A stretch of 63,036 bases of DNA, filler included, from Phoronis australis (GCA_002633005.1; 6 parts of 6 records of this genome joined end to end with filler, not necessarily neighbours in it), one strand, 5' to 3'. Shown: positions 48,051 through 61,699, counted from the first letter of the whole stretch. Notes: generated by a model from the sequence alone, not told the origin. Numbers and translations are program-made.

Positions 48051-49379
48051 GTTTTCCGGAAAAAACTATATCCTTTCGTCAGACAACTCTTTGGTGCATA
48101 GACTTGTTCTTTAATTGTATCTGTGGTTAATTATTGACACATTTTTCAAGATTTAATATTCAGGTTGGACTCCAAAGACCGGCCATTTAACTCAAGCTAT
48201 GTAAATTTCCGCTTTGTTTATGGCTGTAAGCCTCGCTTTGGATTTTAAAGTCCGCGGCGTGAAAAGAGTCTATAGGAACATATTTGCAAAAAAATAAGGG
48301 GGTCAACTGATGAGCTTTAGGAGACAGCTGCATACTGCCTGTACTCAACGACTGCTGAAAACGTGACGTCATGCCTTTATATATCCTCTTGCTGGGAAAA
48401 ATAAAAAGCACCCTTTCTTTTTATCTTCTAAGTCGGACAGCAAAATCATGGAAAATATTGTTTGAAATCAATAGCACCCAGCAAACTGGCCCCCAGAGCA
48501 CCTCACAAATCGCAATAAAATCAATAAATACAATATTTTTTATGAGAACGAATTTGAAAGTTAAAAATCTGCTACTCGATAGAAATTGTCAATGTCTACA
48601 TTAACATCTTTTTATCGTTCAAGCTCATTTAAGCTGTTCTAAACTACTTCACGGAATGAACAATTTGAGCCAATAACAATATTCATATTCATCATACTCT
48701 AGCTTAAAAAAATAATGAACCAAAATATTGAAATAAACATTTTTACATCTCTCACGGGGATGCATGGACACTCAGTATTTTTCACGATCTCGGTCAACGA
48801 TTTGGTGCGCTCGTGGAATGGCAATTATCCTGTCTTCAGACAGACCGGTAGAGGAGATTTAAAGTGGCATAGAATGCGAAAAACACAAAAATGCAATGAT
48901 CAAATTGGTTTTCTGCCACTGAAACAGAAATCAAACTGTTCGCCAGGTATTTTTACGGTTTCTTCGTACACACTTTTAATTTTTGTTGATATCAAACCAT
49001 TTTCCGTTGGCTTCCAATTTCACGAATTACGATCCGTCTAGTGCTTGTGTCTTCGTAGATTTTTCCCTTACTCTCCAAAAGACCATTCCTTGGCAAGACA
49101 TACCGTATCACTTTCCCTTATCAACTGACAACACAAGAAGAGAAATTTGCGATTCTCCGCAAGGAAGGAAAGCTCAAACATTTCGTATTACATAGCAGAG
49201 TATGTATTCATTCTTCAAAAATTCACACAGAGAGGGTACTCTAATTTAACTGCAAACAGGTTCTAAAAATGATTCCGGACGGGAATCGTTACAAGTTTAC
49301 TGGCAGTGGTGGTTTGAACATGATTATTCATGTGAAAAGTGTACCAACAATTTCCTATTTGATCTTAGTATTGATTGTT

Positions 49380-50225
49380 TTGCCTTGGGAAATATATGAG
49401 GCCATTTAACAATTGCCTAATCTCAAGGCTGGTGTTGATGATGTCGTTATTTTTGAAATGCTGAAGTGCACTGAGGTAACGATAGTGCCAGTTTTGCATC
49501 AGTTATTTAATGCAATTTTTTATTCTGGGTATTATCCCCAGACATGGTGTGACGCAATGCTTACTCAAGTACATAAACAAGGTAATACCGATGGCCAAAA
49601 TAACTATAGAGGTGTTTTCCTGTTGTCTGCTTTGGGAAAAGCTTTTTTCCAAATTTTAATAATATCCTTTATTGCTAGGCTGAAAATAATGATAAATTTT
49701 TATGAGTGTCAAGATAGCTTTAGAAAGAGCTACTCTATGACCAAGTTTTTACATTTCAAACTATGTGTCATAAGGCAAGGTGGGATATTTTACTGTACCC
49801 TTGTAGATGTCTCGAAGGCATTCGATCGAATCCCTCATAATTTACTCTTCCATAGATTGAAAAATATTGATGTGCATGGTAAAATTTTCAACATCATCAG
49901 CTCTCTTTATGGCGAATTGGGCACTTGTTTGAAAACTCAAGATGGTCTTGCGGAGTTCTTTGATTGTATTGTTGGCACGCGCCAGGGTTGCATGATCACC
50001 CCAAAATTATTTGCGTTGTATCATGGTTTTATGTTCCTCTACCGCCGTCAACTTACAACGTATGCTAAATTGTTTGGCAGAATTTTGTGAATCATGGGGC
50101 AACCAAGGCAACTTGAAGAAAACCAAGGTGGTCGTTTTCAGAAATTTGGCTCCCTTGGACGATATGAGAAATGGTTTTACAATGGGACCCTGGTCGATGT
50201 GGTATCTCATTAAAAATACCTAAGA
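49380..50225 (+). mobile_element. Decayed LINE reverse transcriptase (RTE-X/CR1-group-like)
   Basis: LFNAIF.SG.YP.TW, HKQG...NNYRGV.LLS, VDVSKAFDRI, GTRQGCMITP.LF. The YADD region is missing. LQRMLNCLAEFC..W..NLKKTKVVVF follows in the next frame. Confidence 0.88.
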
Positions 50226-50359
50226 CAAATCATTGACCCCCAAAAGTATACGCCTACTGAGACTTTTTGTTAGCCAGCTTGATACTGGTACGTTAGTAAT
50301 TTCGGGACATTCTCTTTTCTTCTGGTGTGCAAGAATGAAGTAACAAATCAAGAGACATA

Positions 50360-51328
50360 ACAAATGAAAGCGCTCCGAGGAGCGAACCTTGGCGAAATTA
50401 ACCAAAAAGATGACGATAAAGATGATGACGAAGATGAATGTAAGAACAGACTAATTTAATAAGAGACAAAAAAACAGAAGAAGAAAGCATCAGTGGTAGT
50501 TTAATAAAACAAATGAAAGCGCTCCGAGGAGCGAACCTTGGCGAAATTAACCAAAAAGATGACGATAAAGATGATGACGAATATGACGAATATGACGAAG
50601 ATGGTGGCGAGGATGAACAAAAGAAGTTAATAACATACACATGACGAACGTAGGAGTCCGAAATCAGTAAGGAAAAGGCTAGTCTTGAACGACACTTGGC
50701 GAAATTAAGGAAAAGACGGAGATGATGACGAAGATGATGACGATGATGACGAATATGATGAGGGTGTTGGCGATGATGAACAACATCACAACATTCATAT
50801 GACAAATTTAGATGTCATAAATCATTAAGAAATAGGCTACAGTCTAGTTCAATAGAAGCTAAACCAACCTGAATGCAGCAAGAGCGCTCAACAAAGGAGC
50901 AGCGTTATCACAAAATCTCACATAACTCAAAAAGTAGACGTCGTAGAGAAAAATGGAAACCATCTTCTGAAAGCCCGTTCAAAATTCTATCTAAACTGAT
51001 GGTATCGCTTAATTCCGTAAATTTCTCGAAAAAAATGAAATTTTGCGTTTTTTTAAAGAAATTCAAAGTCAAATAACTCGAAAACGGTAAGTCTGAGAAA
51101 AAAATTGTTACATGCCATTTGAACGAACATACTTCAAAGAATCCACATGCAAAAAATCACGTCTTTTTCTCTTCCCATTTAAAATCGCACTCCAGCACGA
51201 CTGAAAATGGGTCAACATGCGCCAAATCCGCCATCTTGAAAGCAACTTCCGGTTTTTTGGTTTTGTATAATAGCATGTCATAAGAAACTAATACCTGTAA
51301 AAATTTGAAGGAATTGGTCTGATAATGC
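50360..51328 (+). mobile_element. HINE-like family 2 with tandemly repeated head and (GAT/GAC)n tract
   Basis: gcgctccgaggagcgaaccttggcgaaattaa at 50370 and 50519, partial at ~50690. Core shared with the copies at 18452 and 22680. Confidence 0.7.
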
Positions 51329-52449
51329 NNNNNNNNNNNNNNNNNNNNNNNNNNNNNNNNNNNNNNNNNNNNTTAATTAATTAANNNNNNNNNNNNNNNN
51401 NNNNNNNNNNNNNNNNNNNNNNNNNNNNAAGCTAATCTTCCCCATTGGTTAGTTTTGTATTTGGCGCACATTCTGATTTGTCGAATAGGTTCACTTGCAG
51501 TTATATGTTATATCTTAATACTAGAACACCAGAAACTTTTAATATATCATAGCGAACAAGTATTTTTGTCAACGAACCACCTCGGATTTTATCCTTGTAC
51601 AATAAAAACCAACATCTTTTTGGACAACGCTTCCGAACCTCAACATCCTCAGGGATTATAAAACAGACAGTTGAGTGTCCGTATTTTTTCTAGCCGTTCG
51701 AGCAACGCAGAATACAACCAGTATGTCGATAAGCCTTCGGAGCTGTCGTAGCGAGCCTCGTTTTGGAACGCGACTCTTGTTTATAATACGCACCAGTAGT
51801 TGGACAAACTACGTAACTTTTCAGTGATCCTGTTATGACTGAAGAATCTCCCTGTGAACACAAAACAGGCAAATAACTTTTTTAACGTATTTGCCATTTT
51901 GATTTTAATTTAGACACAGTCCGGTTTCCTGCGACTGTATCATGCATGTTGTGCCCTAGTTAATAAACGGTTGCGTTAGTCTCGAAGTTCTTCTGCGATA
52001 AAAACGAAGTAAACTCTCAGAAAAAGGCAGTCTCGTGGTTTAAGTATATACTCTGAGTAGCAGAACATTTGAAACTACCTAACATAGTGGGCACGTACCC
52101 ATTTCATTCTTGGGCACCACAGCCTGAGTGAATGGAAAAATGAAAAAGTGTTCTGTCGCACTGTTTTTTGAGGAGTTCTTAAGCAATCGCGTCACTGTCT
52201 TTTTATTGCCCGTTCATACCAGTAGCAGCAGCGACTGCGGATTTCATAGGAATTTCAGGCGGTCTGGGATTAAACGAAACACTGCACCACGGCATCATTT
52301 ATAATAAAAGCGTTGGACGAGAACCAATTTGTAGTGGACGAATTTTCAAAGGATGTAAGGCAGTAATGCAACCAGGTACCGCAAGGGAGTCTAAACACGA
52401 CTCCCGTTTGGAACAGCAGAGTTAGTAACTTAAAAGATTTTAAGTTTTA

Positions 52450-52630
52450 CCTGATCTTGGAAAATTGAATAGAATTCTGGTGACATGAGTAACCAGCTCC
52501 TCACTCAGATATGTTAGAGTATTCGCTTCTGATGTTGAAGTGTCGCAATCGTCTCTTAACGGTGCTGACACTAACACCCATCATCTTAGAGATATCCAGA
52601 GCAGTGAAATTGGGCGCTGTAAAATTACGT
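52450..52630 (-). pseudogene. IS3EU-like transposase HTH relic
   Basis: FTALDISKMMGVSVSTVKRRLRHFNIRSEYSNIS, then EL..HVTRILFNFPRSG after a frameshift. Confidence 0.65.
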
Positions 52631-53004
52631 ACAATGTATGGCGAACGAGCTCTGCAAGTTATTTTAGAGTCCGACTGATCCACAAAATCAGTACACCCCT
52701 TTCTTAAAAAATGGGTTAAAAGTTAGAAACAAAGGACACAAGTTTCCATCAGTTGTAACGTCGATTTTCGACATTGATGTTGGGGAGGAACAACAGTCTG
52801 GCGACAGCAACACGTAATCACCCCGCGAAGGCGATGATTTTCGGCAAAATTTATTCGTTTTCGTTTTCGTAGTATGTCTTTTTCCCTATGGTTCAGGACT
52901 ACTTCTGAATCCAGGAACAAAAACTGAAAAAGGCAGGGATCGTGATAACGTTGGAGAACGATAACATTTATATATAATAAGGTGTTACAACTGTCATCGA
53001 TATT

Positions 53005-53049
53005 ATTTTTGCTAAAAATTACATCAGTGAAAAAAGGTTGCTTTCGCCT
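53005..53049 (+). mobile_element. Solo right TIR related to the Kolobok element at 7344-10350
   Basis: tgaaaaaaggttgctttcgcct is the exact reverse complement of 7344-7365. Confidence 0.7.
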
Positions 53050-53248
53050 AACGCCGCGACACCTTTCGCCGGGCTAGGTAAGCTGGCATGAGATGACGTG
53101 AATAAAGACCGATTAAGACGGTAAAAACACTAATTAAACAGTGGCGGANNNNNNNNNNNNNNNNNNNNNNNNNNNNNNNNNNNNNNNNNNNNTTAATTAA
53201 TTAANNNNNNNNNNNNNNNNNNNNNNNNNNNNNNNNNNNNNNNNNNNN

Positions 53249-53623
53249 GAGCTATAGGGGACTTGTCCAGTTCCAATCTCAAAGATTTGAGAAGATCCGG
53301 TAATTGACCGTTGACCCCACAAGGCAAGTAGACAGGAGAATACCCTTCGACTTCGCTGGCATCTCTTCCATTGTCGATAGCTTCTGGGTCATGTGTGTCA
53401 GCCTCAGCAAATGCTAATTCAATTGATGGCGATTTCTCTGCACCCTCGTAGCGGATAAGCACAGCGTAGACTAAACACAACAAAGCGTCTATCGTACTAT
53501 AACCTTGAGGCGAAGCAATGTTTGCTAGAATTGTACAAACTTCTCTTCCGACGTTGAAGGATAACTTTTTGTGGTATTCTTCTTCAACATCTTTCGGCCT
53601 GTTGTTTCCTTCTTTTGACATAC
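53249..53623 (-). CDS. Exon resembling the C-terminal lobe of an NRPS condensation domain; cut by the gap
   Basis: Acceptor catttcag, ATG at 53621, open to the gap. RPKD...LSFNVGREVCTILANIASPQGYSTIDALLCLVYAVLIRYEG parallels RP...SF.L...L..LA...G.T...LL.A...LL.RY.G. Confidence 0.5.
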
Positions 53624-54487
53624 CTGAAATGACAGTAATATTCCAAGCAACAACAAACAATGGTCTCGCAAAAATGTACTCGTGTAGGACGTCCATGCAA
53701 AGATATGTGAACAACAAGAAAATGACAGTTTATTATATCGAAGCAATACACGATTACTTGGTGAAATGGACTTTCTCTTCGTATGTTGCCGGGTCGTGAA
53801 GTTATTTAAACTTTTTGTATACTCGCAACAGGTCGTTTTTTCGTCCGATCGACATGAAATCCACGTTAAAATATCGAGGTCAATTTTTGGGGGACAAAAT
53901 CGGTCCAAGAGACGGCGCTGTGACGATTATTTTTAAAGAAACCAACTTACGAAGGCTTAGCTCTGTGGTTCTAATCCACAAGTCTGTATTTACACAAATA
54001 TACATTTTTACTTATCAAAATTATATATTTTTTAAAATTATAAGGCGCGTAGAATTTGATTCCTGACCTGATACCAATCTTGAAATAACTGAGTTACATG
54101 ACCATGTATTTTTAGTAAAATTTAGCGAGAACGAAAGGAGCATTCATAGCAAAAACAACTGGTCGAATTTTGTTTAATACAAATGCTCTCAAATACAATG
54201 TTACGATTTTGTAATTCATCATTTCGTTTTCGTTTTCGTTTTATAGATCTTTTCGTTTTTTCATAGAAATCTCGAAAAAACAATTTTTGTTAATCTTTCA
54301 TTCAAATGTGGAACAGTTTAAAAATAGTTCTTTTAAGAACAAGTTAAAACTTGTTATAATTTGTTAATAATCTCTCATGCAAAAGTGGAACAGTTTAAAG
54401 ATAGTTCTTAACTGCGTTTTGGAGAACAGATTCATGTTAAATGTTATGTAGGACATGTCAATATAAACAATGTCGGGTTTAAACTGG

Positions 54488-54529
54488 CTTGACATGTTTC
54501 GGCATTTATTAAAACACCATCCTCAGAAG
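54488..54529 (-). ncRNA. Minimal type-I hammerhead ribozyme (Penelope-like element type)
   Basis: CUU-CUGAGGA-U-[GGUGUUU uaau AAAUGCC]-GAAAC-AU-GUC-AAG: conserved core, stem II, palindromic mini stem III (ACAUGU) and a 3-bp stem I. Confidence 0.55.
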
Positions 54530-55927
54530 AAAAAACAGTTTCCACCTTGCTAAGCCCAACAGCAAGTAATGATACACAGACACACTCAGTCAAGTCGGTT
54601 TTAATCTGTCGTTGATATCATGGAGATCTTATATAGGAAACTAGAAAAATGTCTAAACTTTGCTAGCTTCATAACATCATATCTCAGAAACAGCTGATTG
54701 GGTTTAAGTAGAATGTCTTTTCGTGACTGGAGGTTTTGTTTCCAACTCAAGCTGGTTTATGTTCGTTCCAGTCCCAGCGGCCGCGACGGGCCTGATCGGG
54801 TTCCGAGCCACTGGCCGGGAAAACAAGCGTTTTGTGTGTTTAGAACTCAAAAAATCACAAGTCTAAACAACAAATATCTAGGTTTTCTTGTCTGTATTTC
54901 ACGGAAGGATACTTCGAATTTATCTCCGAACAGACCCCAAACAACTGCTACGGACCCTGCTAAATTAGCCTGCCGAACTTTGTAGGGTACGGTGTGTCCA
55001 AACACCAATAAATGCGTAACAGCGAAATAAAACAACACGTTTTTATAAGAACTCGGTGTATTTTTAAAAGTTTTACATCGAATTTTGGTGATTTATTGGT
55101 GTTAAACGATAAATTCAAGCGATAAGCTGACATCAGTAACCCGTATTGTGAACTGCTGAAGAGACTGCGCGTGAAACCAAAGACGTCATTGGATGATTTC
55201 AACACCTCCGTCTGCCGTCAGGTGTCAGGTAACGCAACCGAACGTGCCGTTATCGAGTAGAACTACTCGATCTAAATTGATACAAAATAGGTTGTTTTTT
55301 GGGTGGCATTCTCCTTTAAGAACGTCTTAGAGTATTTATTAAGCGAATAAATTAATTGTTACAACATTCATTAATATTCAATGGCGTAATCATATCAACA
55401 GCAGCGCAAACCAATTATTAAGTTACAGGTGTTATCGTTATATTTAGTTTTCCTACCATTTCATCGTGCAATAGGAGCTCCTTTATTTCCGCAAGAGGCT
55501 GTCGTGAACATTTCTGTGTAAAAACACAAGCTTGTGCAACGGTGTTCCCGACAAATCTCGTCTTCGTCCTCTTTCATGACCGGTACAGATCGAGGCATGA
55601 GTCGGACACTGAACCCATATCATCGACAAATTATAACGGTACAAAGCTTTCGTAAATTTGAAACAGACAAGACAAAAACGAGTGTCATTTACCAGAATTA
55701 AAACCTAGTTTGCACCAATATTCGAAGAAATGAAACCGGCGACTGATATTCGTGACTGGGCTCTGACAGCCAGGCTTAGACAGTTCGAGAAATGTATAAC
55801 TCGACACTAAAGTGATTAGGAAACTGAAATAATGGCCACTCTGAAATCAAGAGTGTCCGCAGACTAAGTGGGGTCCGACTCGACTTCACTCGCCGAAAAC
55901 TTTGGTGTGTGAGGGTAGAGTTCTTAC

Positions 55928-56094
55928 GGCCTGAAACACGCAAAGTATGCCGATACAGCGAAGTCTAAGTCATTACTTGTTTCACCTGTAACCTTAGTGT
56001 CGTCTCCACCCAAATCTCTATACCTGTCTTCATAATAATCGTCAAGTTCGTTCTCTAAGTCTTCGTAACTTACAAAATCTATGCGCACACCCAG
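55928..56094 (-). CDS. Candidate internal exon, unidentified acidic protein
   Basis: ttatattttag|...LGVRIDFVSYEDLENELDDYYEDRYRDLGGDDTKVTGETSNDLDFAVSAYFACFRP|gtaaga. Confidence 0.45.
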
Positions 56095-59000
56095 TCTAAA
56101 ATATAAGGGGGCTCGAATTTTTCGGTATGCGGACCTTTTACTAAAAAAATAACGAAGATTAAAATAAAAAACGGGGCCATTTGGTTCAGGCCTACGAACT
56201 GTGCATCCATGCCGATTTCCTGTGGACTTTGTGGACTTTTGTCTCTTTACTCGGACTTTTTGTTTCACTAGGAGGATCTTTTTGTCCAATTCGCCAAGTT
56301 GGGGGGCTCGTTCGAGCTCCCCGAGCCCACCCTGGGTGTGCTCATGAAATCACTACTATTCACCTTTACATATATACTGTCAACTGAGGAACGTCTTCCA
56401 CTGATAACATCACGTTGCGGGAAACCAAAAAATCGTGAATATTTCTTTGAAATTCAAAATTCCCCAATTATTTCTCAAAACAAGGGAATGTTTACTTATC
56501 TTTTAAGTTATGAAATTGTTATATAGTACCGTTACACAACCTCAAAAAGGGCAAAAATCCATTGCAGGAACGTCTTAAGTTGTGGGGCGCTATTTCACTC
56601 AAATGACTATCATTCCATTAACAAGAGATAGCATTAGGCGATGTTGTTGGTAACTAATCGTATTAGAATAGTTTTAACAATCTGTGTTCGCCGACTATGG
56701 ATGAATTATATTCATACTTGTGCGATATAACTACATTGCATGAACAGTTTCCGAACATACGCCTCCACCTGTCAGAAAATACGTCAGGGCGTATATTCAG
56801 TTTTATTTGACGTTTTTTAAAGGTCGTTTTCCTAAGATCTGCCCATGGACATATTTTTTTCACCATTCCTGGTACTGACTGCCAAACTCCCGTGAGTTGA
56901 AGTACCGTAAATTAAGAACGTTTACGCAGACCACGGCTGAATTGAGTTTTGGAGCATGACGCGGTTGCACAAGTTGAAATTTTTATCCGCCTTGCATTTA
57001 TGTAAATAAGTTCATTAGACGACGCTATCATAACATACAGTACTATTAATGAAAATGTTCAAAACATCAACCATATTAATATAAAGATTAGTATAGACGG
57101 AACGTTAGCACAGTGAGTTCTCCATCATCGGTAATGCAAACAATTTAGGGAGAATAATAGTGCGTGAAATGTAATGAGTACTAATGATCTGTGGAAACGG
57201 GAAGAAAATTGAGTGCACACAGTCATGTGACATTTATTTCGATAACGATCTTCAGCACTTCGAAAAAGTTGACTATGAAACTCAAACAACGAGACTTTGA
57301 TGTTTTGCAAATTCCCTAATGATTTGTAGTTGTCTAATATATATTCGTTATAGTAACAAGTGCCTTTTTCATTATCATCAGCAGCATATATATTTTCTCA
57401 AATGACCTGAAATGTGTTATAACACGAGTAGTTAATAACACCGAGTATGTAATTTTTGATATTACATGGGCAACTCACAAAGTAGTGCAAAGTAGGCATT
57501 CATGCGTCTTACATTTTATCGTCTACAAAACACTAAAACAACCAAACGCGCGCCAAACAAGCAATACCGGAATTCCAAGAAAGTGACGAGGTTATGATTG
57601 ACAAATCGTGAGTCGCAACTTTACGTACTCCCAGTTGGAAGGACATGCAAACAACTTTTTAAACAGACCCATCTTCGGCGGCGAATTCCATCCTCGTTCA
57701 TTCAAACGGAGACGAGCTCTAACTCAAGAAACGCGGCGAGACTGTCTGTATTTGATTTGTTAAAACAAATCAAATATAAACATAACAACATCTATGCTCG
57801 TATGCTAACTGAACAAATTTGGCAAATTTTTCTAGGAAAATATTCAAACGATTTTAATCATTTTACTCTGGGTTCATATGAAACGTTAGGTACTTGGAGA
57901 AGTATATTAGAAATACCATGAAGTGCACTGCAAAAGGTGAGCAGATTTTTAAATCTAAAATAAATAATTTCTCACTGCAGTTTGGTCTTAGCCTGAGAAA
58001 TAAATTTAATGAAATACGGATAAGTTGTACAAGAGATAAACAAGTTTCATACAATATGTAAATTATGCTCCGTACATTATAACAAACCTGAGCGCAAACG
58101 AAGACTCGTTTAAAACTGCAAACTGCACTTACCGAAGTGATCGCGTAATGTGAATTAGATGTTAAGAGTTCTGTTGCATAGGAAATCTTTGAAAGACAAC
58201 AGCGAAATACAAAGGAAATTTGATTCTGAAAACCGGAATTTCTGGTTCCACAGTTTGATCCTGATCGATCTCAACGACTCAGAATCATTTCCTTATAATG
58301 ATCACCTAACCTCGGCTTGTATTTATTGCGTGTCGCCATACCCTCACCTAATATGATGTGGGCCGCATCTCCAGTCTTTTCATCACGTGACCGTATCTCG
58401 GGGGGCTTCATTTTTCTTATTTGACTAGTATTTGAATTGCATATCTTTTTTGTAAAAACAGATTTTTATTCACCAAAAGGTGTCTCCGTGTGCTGTCTCA
58501 CAATTTGACAAGGTTTAAAAGGCCATATTCATTAAGATACTGAATGATGTAGAAATGAAACTTATTCCAAGGAAATCTTCCACTAAGCGGAGTTATTTAC
58601 CCGAAACGACCATTTTGTTGTTTCACTACAATAAATTAAAAACAATGAGTTTTAAAATGCTGTAATCAATTATATCTATCTGAAACAAATAATTCAAAAT
58701 GTAAAAAATAATCCTAGACTTGCTCAACTGGCTGAAAAACGGAAATGAAATTAAGGCTTTCATTTTCATAAAATCAATTTGATAACATCTTTCTCACCGC
58801 GTACATGCATCGTTTTCAAATTCGCACTTTTGGGGTTGACCAACTCCACTAAAGTATGTTTTCTTCAGTCGATGATGATTTCGATGTTCTCGATGCAAAT
58901 GGAAATGAAACCCTATCACGACAATCAGAGTAAATGCCTCATTCGACTTCCATGTTTTTAACCATCTAGACATGACGAAATGCAAATTTTGAGTGTGTGC

Positions 59001-59921
59001 GCGAGAGCGGGCGCGTGTGTGTTGAACATCCTACTCATTGCTACACTCTTTCGTTATTAGTACGGCAATAAAGCCGCCTTCTGTCACAAAACAGTTTTTG
59101 ATTTAGATCAATAACTGTTCTGAAATTGGTCTCAGATTTTTTCTCAGTCGACACAGGTTTCTCATCTTCCTTTGGAAAGAAGAGGCAGGCCAATTTTGCT
59201 TGAGACTAGGCTCTACAAAATGACTTGTNNNNNNNNNNNNNNNNNNNNNNNNNNNNNNNNNNNNNNNNNNNNTTAATTAATTAANNNNNNNNNNNNNNNN
59301 NNNNNNNNNNNNNNNNNNNNNNNNNNNNGCAAACAGGAACAGGTACAAACACAGCAACAAGGGGTATTACGGTAAAATCTTGCCATTGTAGGACACTAAA
59401 TGGTGTAATTTTTTATATTTCATTTTTTCCAGAAAGGACAAGAGGCACACATTACAGGGCTCAACATGAGCGAGTAAACGCTCGAAAATACGAGTGGAAA
59501 AAGTTTAATACACGTAGGATTTGATCTAACTCGTGCGGGCGCTAAGAGGGCGTTCGGATATCAGAGTAAAAGGCTTAATTCAATTTCTGTTTTTTCTTTT
59601 AAGCAGGACTCTTGCTTTAAATACAGCTCAAGACAAACATAATCAGACAAAATACCATTTCGTCATCATTACTGCTAGTTCTGCCAACAGTAAACGTGAC
59701 TGGTGTTGACTATTAGGACAGCAAAATTCTAGTCACAGAATGGCTTATCCGCCTCACTAACTTTCCTGTTAATTCCCTTTCGTTCTCGGTCATCATGGGA
59801 GACTACTCTGGCGATGAATTCGGCTTCTTCTCAGCCAGCATGACTGGGCATTCTGGATTATTTTATTTGAATCTATTGCTATTCGCTTTTGCTGTAATTT
59901 ATTCCTGCTGGCTGTTTTCAG

Positions 59922-60058
59922 TTGGACTGTGACGTGCTGCTGGTCTGCATCGGCCGCAAACCTTACACTGAGAGTCTAGGTCTGGAGTCTGTAGGTCTGA
60001 CCACGGACCCCAAGGGCAGGATACCAGTCAACAAGAACTTTCAGACTACAGTGCCAAA
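59922..60058 (+). CDS. DLD: Dihydrolipoamide dehydrogenase (E3), internal exon
   Basis: ttttcag|[45 protein letters not shown](N)|gtaaga, phase 0-2. Confidence 0.95.
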
Positions 60059-60210
60059 GTAAGAATTCGGTCCTTACAGGTGCTATCACTTAAAGTACAA
60101 ATCATGGGGTCGGTGTCAATAAAATAAGCAATTCATTACCTGGCTTAACTCCTGACCCATTCTATAAGTCCACTCATTTTTTTCACCCGTTTAATTGCGA
60201 TTTGCCCTCA

Positions 60211-60810
60211 GGGCTGTTCCAGTAAAATATGTATGGGAGGGGGGGGAAGGCACCTTTTTTTCGCACCCACCACCCATATTTTTCATTTATTTCTTCAGCC
60301 TACCACCCGTAATTTTTTATAAGTTTGAAATGCAACCACCCGTAATTTTTTTTTGTTATTGATTGACTGCACAGGCGCTTGAGTTTATCTGTTCCTCCAT
60401 CACCACTAACGTCATTCATTACTAAGAAAACATATGTTTCTTATATATGGTTATTAGCCATCGAGAAATTCGAGCACCTGTGGTTAAATGGTGTTATGGG
60501 CATGCCGATGAGGAGATCGGAGGGAGTGAAAAAGTCGGAGCTTTTTGCAAGTTGCATTTTTGTTTCAGTTTTTGATTCTGTGCGGATTGTTTATATAAAA
60601 TTTACTAAAATTACCCACCATCAAACATTTTTGGCCCAATGAAACAACAACGACCTGTAAATTTTTATTTTTTTGAAGTACGACCACCAGCCATTTTGAA
60701 TTTAAATCAAACGCAACCACCCATAAATTTTTATTTCAGTTGCCTTCCCNATAAATTTTTATTTCAGTTGCCTTCCCCCCCCTCCCACACAGATTTTGCT
60801 GGAACAGCCC
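60211..60810. mobile_element. PIF/Harbinger-type MITE in a DLD intron
   Basis: ~42-bp imperfect TIRs GGGCTGTTCCAG...CTGGAACAGCCC. 3-bp TSD TCA (60208-60210, 60811-60813). Repeated accacccgta motifs. Confidence 0.85.
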
Positions 60811-61460
60811 TCAGAATTTCACCCCTGGTCAGCTGGGAAGATCACCCTGGTGAATTTGATGGTAAACGGTGAATCCAACATGTGATTTTCAAGGGAAACC
60901 TCCCCTGTGCACATTGTTTATCACATCTGCATTGTTGTCGGTAATGATCAGAAATTTCTTCAAGCATTCTTGTCCTGGTTTCTTTTAAGTGTTCATTTTA
61001 ACTATGAATGTCATTCAACTTCTAGGAAGTTCTGATAGCAAGGCCCAGGGTATCTGAAAATTACATAGTTGCCTCTCTATGCTTTTCAACATAATCTGCT
61101 GGCGACTTCTTGTTTCAACTGCACAATCATCTTTTCAATGCATATTGAGTCTTGAGATTTGATGGTTGATATCTTTATTGTTTGGTTGAAAATCGAAAAT
61201 CTGAGTCACAGTTCCCTCGTGCCAATCGGCCCACACTTCAAAGAGTAACTGATGGTCAAAACTGCTGAAAGTGTCAAAAATCAAAGGGCCTGAAAATGAG
61301 TCATAAATGTTTGCTATCTAATATATTGGTCCCATAGTACAAATGCAAAGCAAGAATAGTTCAAGATGCACCATGTTTTAACTTGAAAGAATTGTTACAG
61401 ACTCAGATTTCCTGCGCTGTTGTGAAGTACAATTTGTAATCCGCTTCTCCTAATTTCCAG

Positions 61461-61522
61461 CATCTACGCCATCGGTGATGTCATAGAAGGACCCATGTTG
61501 GCGCACAAGGCGGAAGACGAAG
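61461..61522 (+). CDS. DLD: Dihydrolipoamide dehydrogenase, internal exon
   Basis: ttccag|[20 protein letters not shown](G)|gtatta, phase 2-1. Confidence 0.96.
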
Positions 61523-61699
61523 GTATTATTTTCCTTCACGAATTCAGAGCACCTTGTTTGCTACATTACTGAAACAATGATATTTTAGTGGAGCACATTT
61601 GCTGATGACTTTGATGGATGAGGTAAACTGAATGTGCAGCACGTAACTAGACCACAGATCATTGTAGGTATTTCACTAGAAATACCATGTCTACTCAGG

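Noticed and set aside
50398-50805. His/Ser-rich 135-aa ORF
   Set aside because: Translation of the (GAT/GAC)n tract in HINE family 2.
59329-59525. Two exons around a ~61-nt intron-like segment
   Set aside because: Frame is ambiguous and no translation resembles DLD or any known protein.
60723-60778. 27-bp tandem duplication inside the MITE
   Set aside because: It flanks a single N, so it is most likely an unmerged contig overlap.
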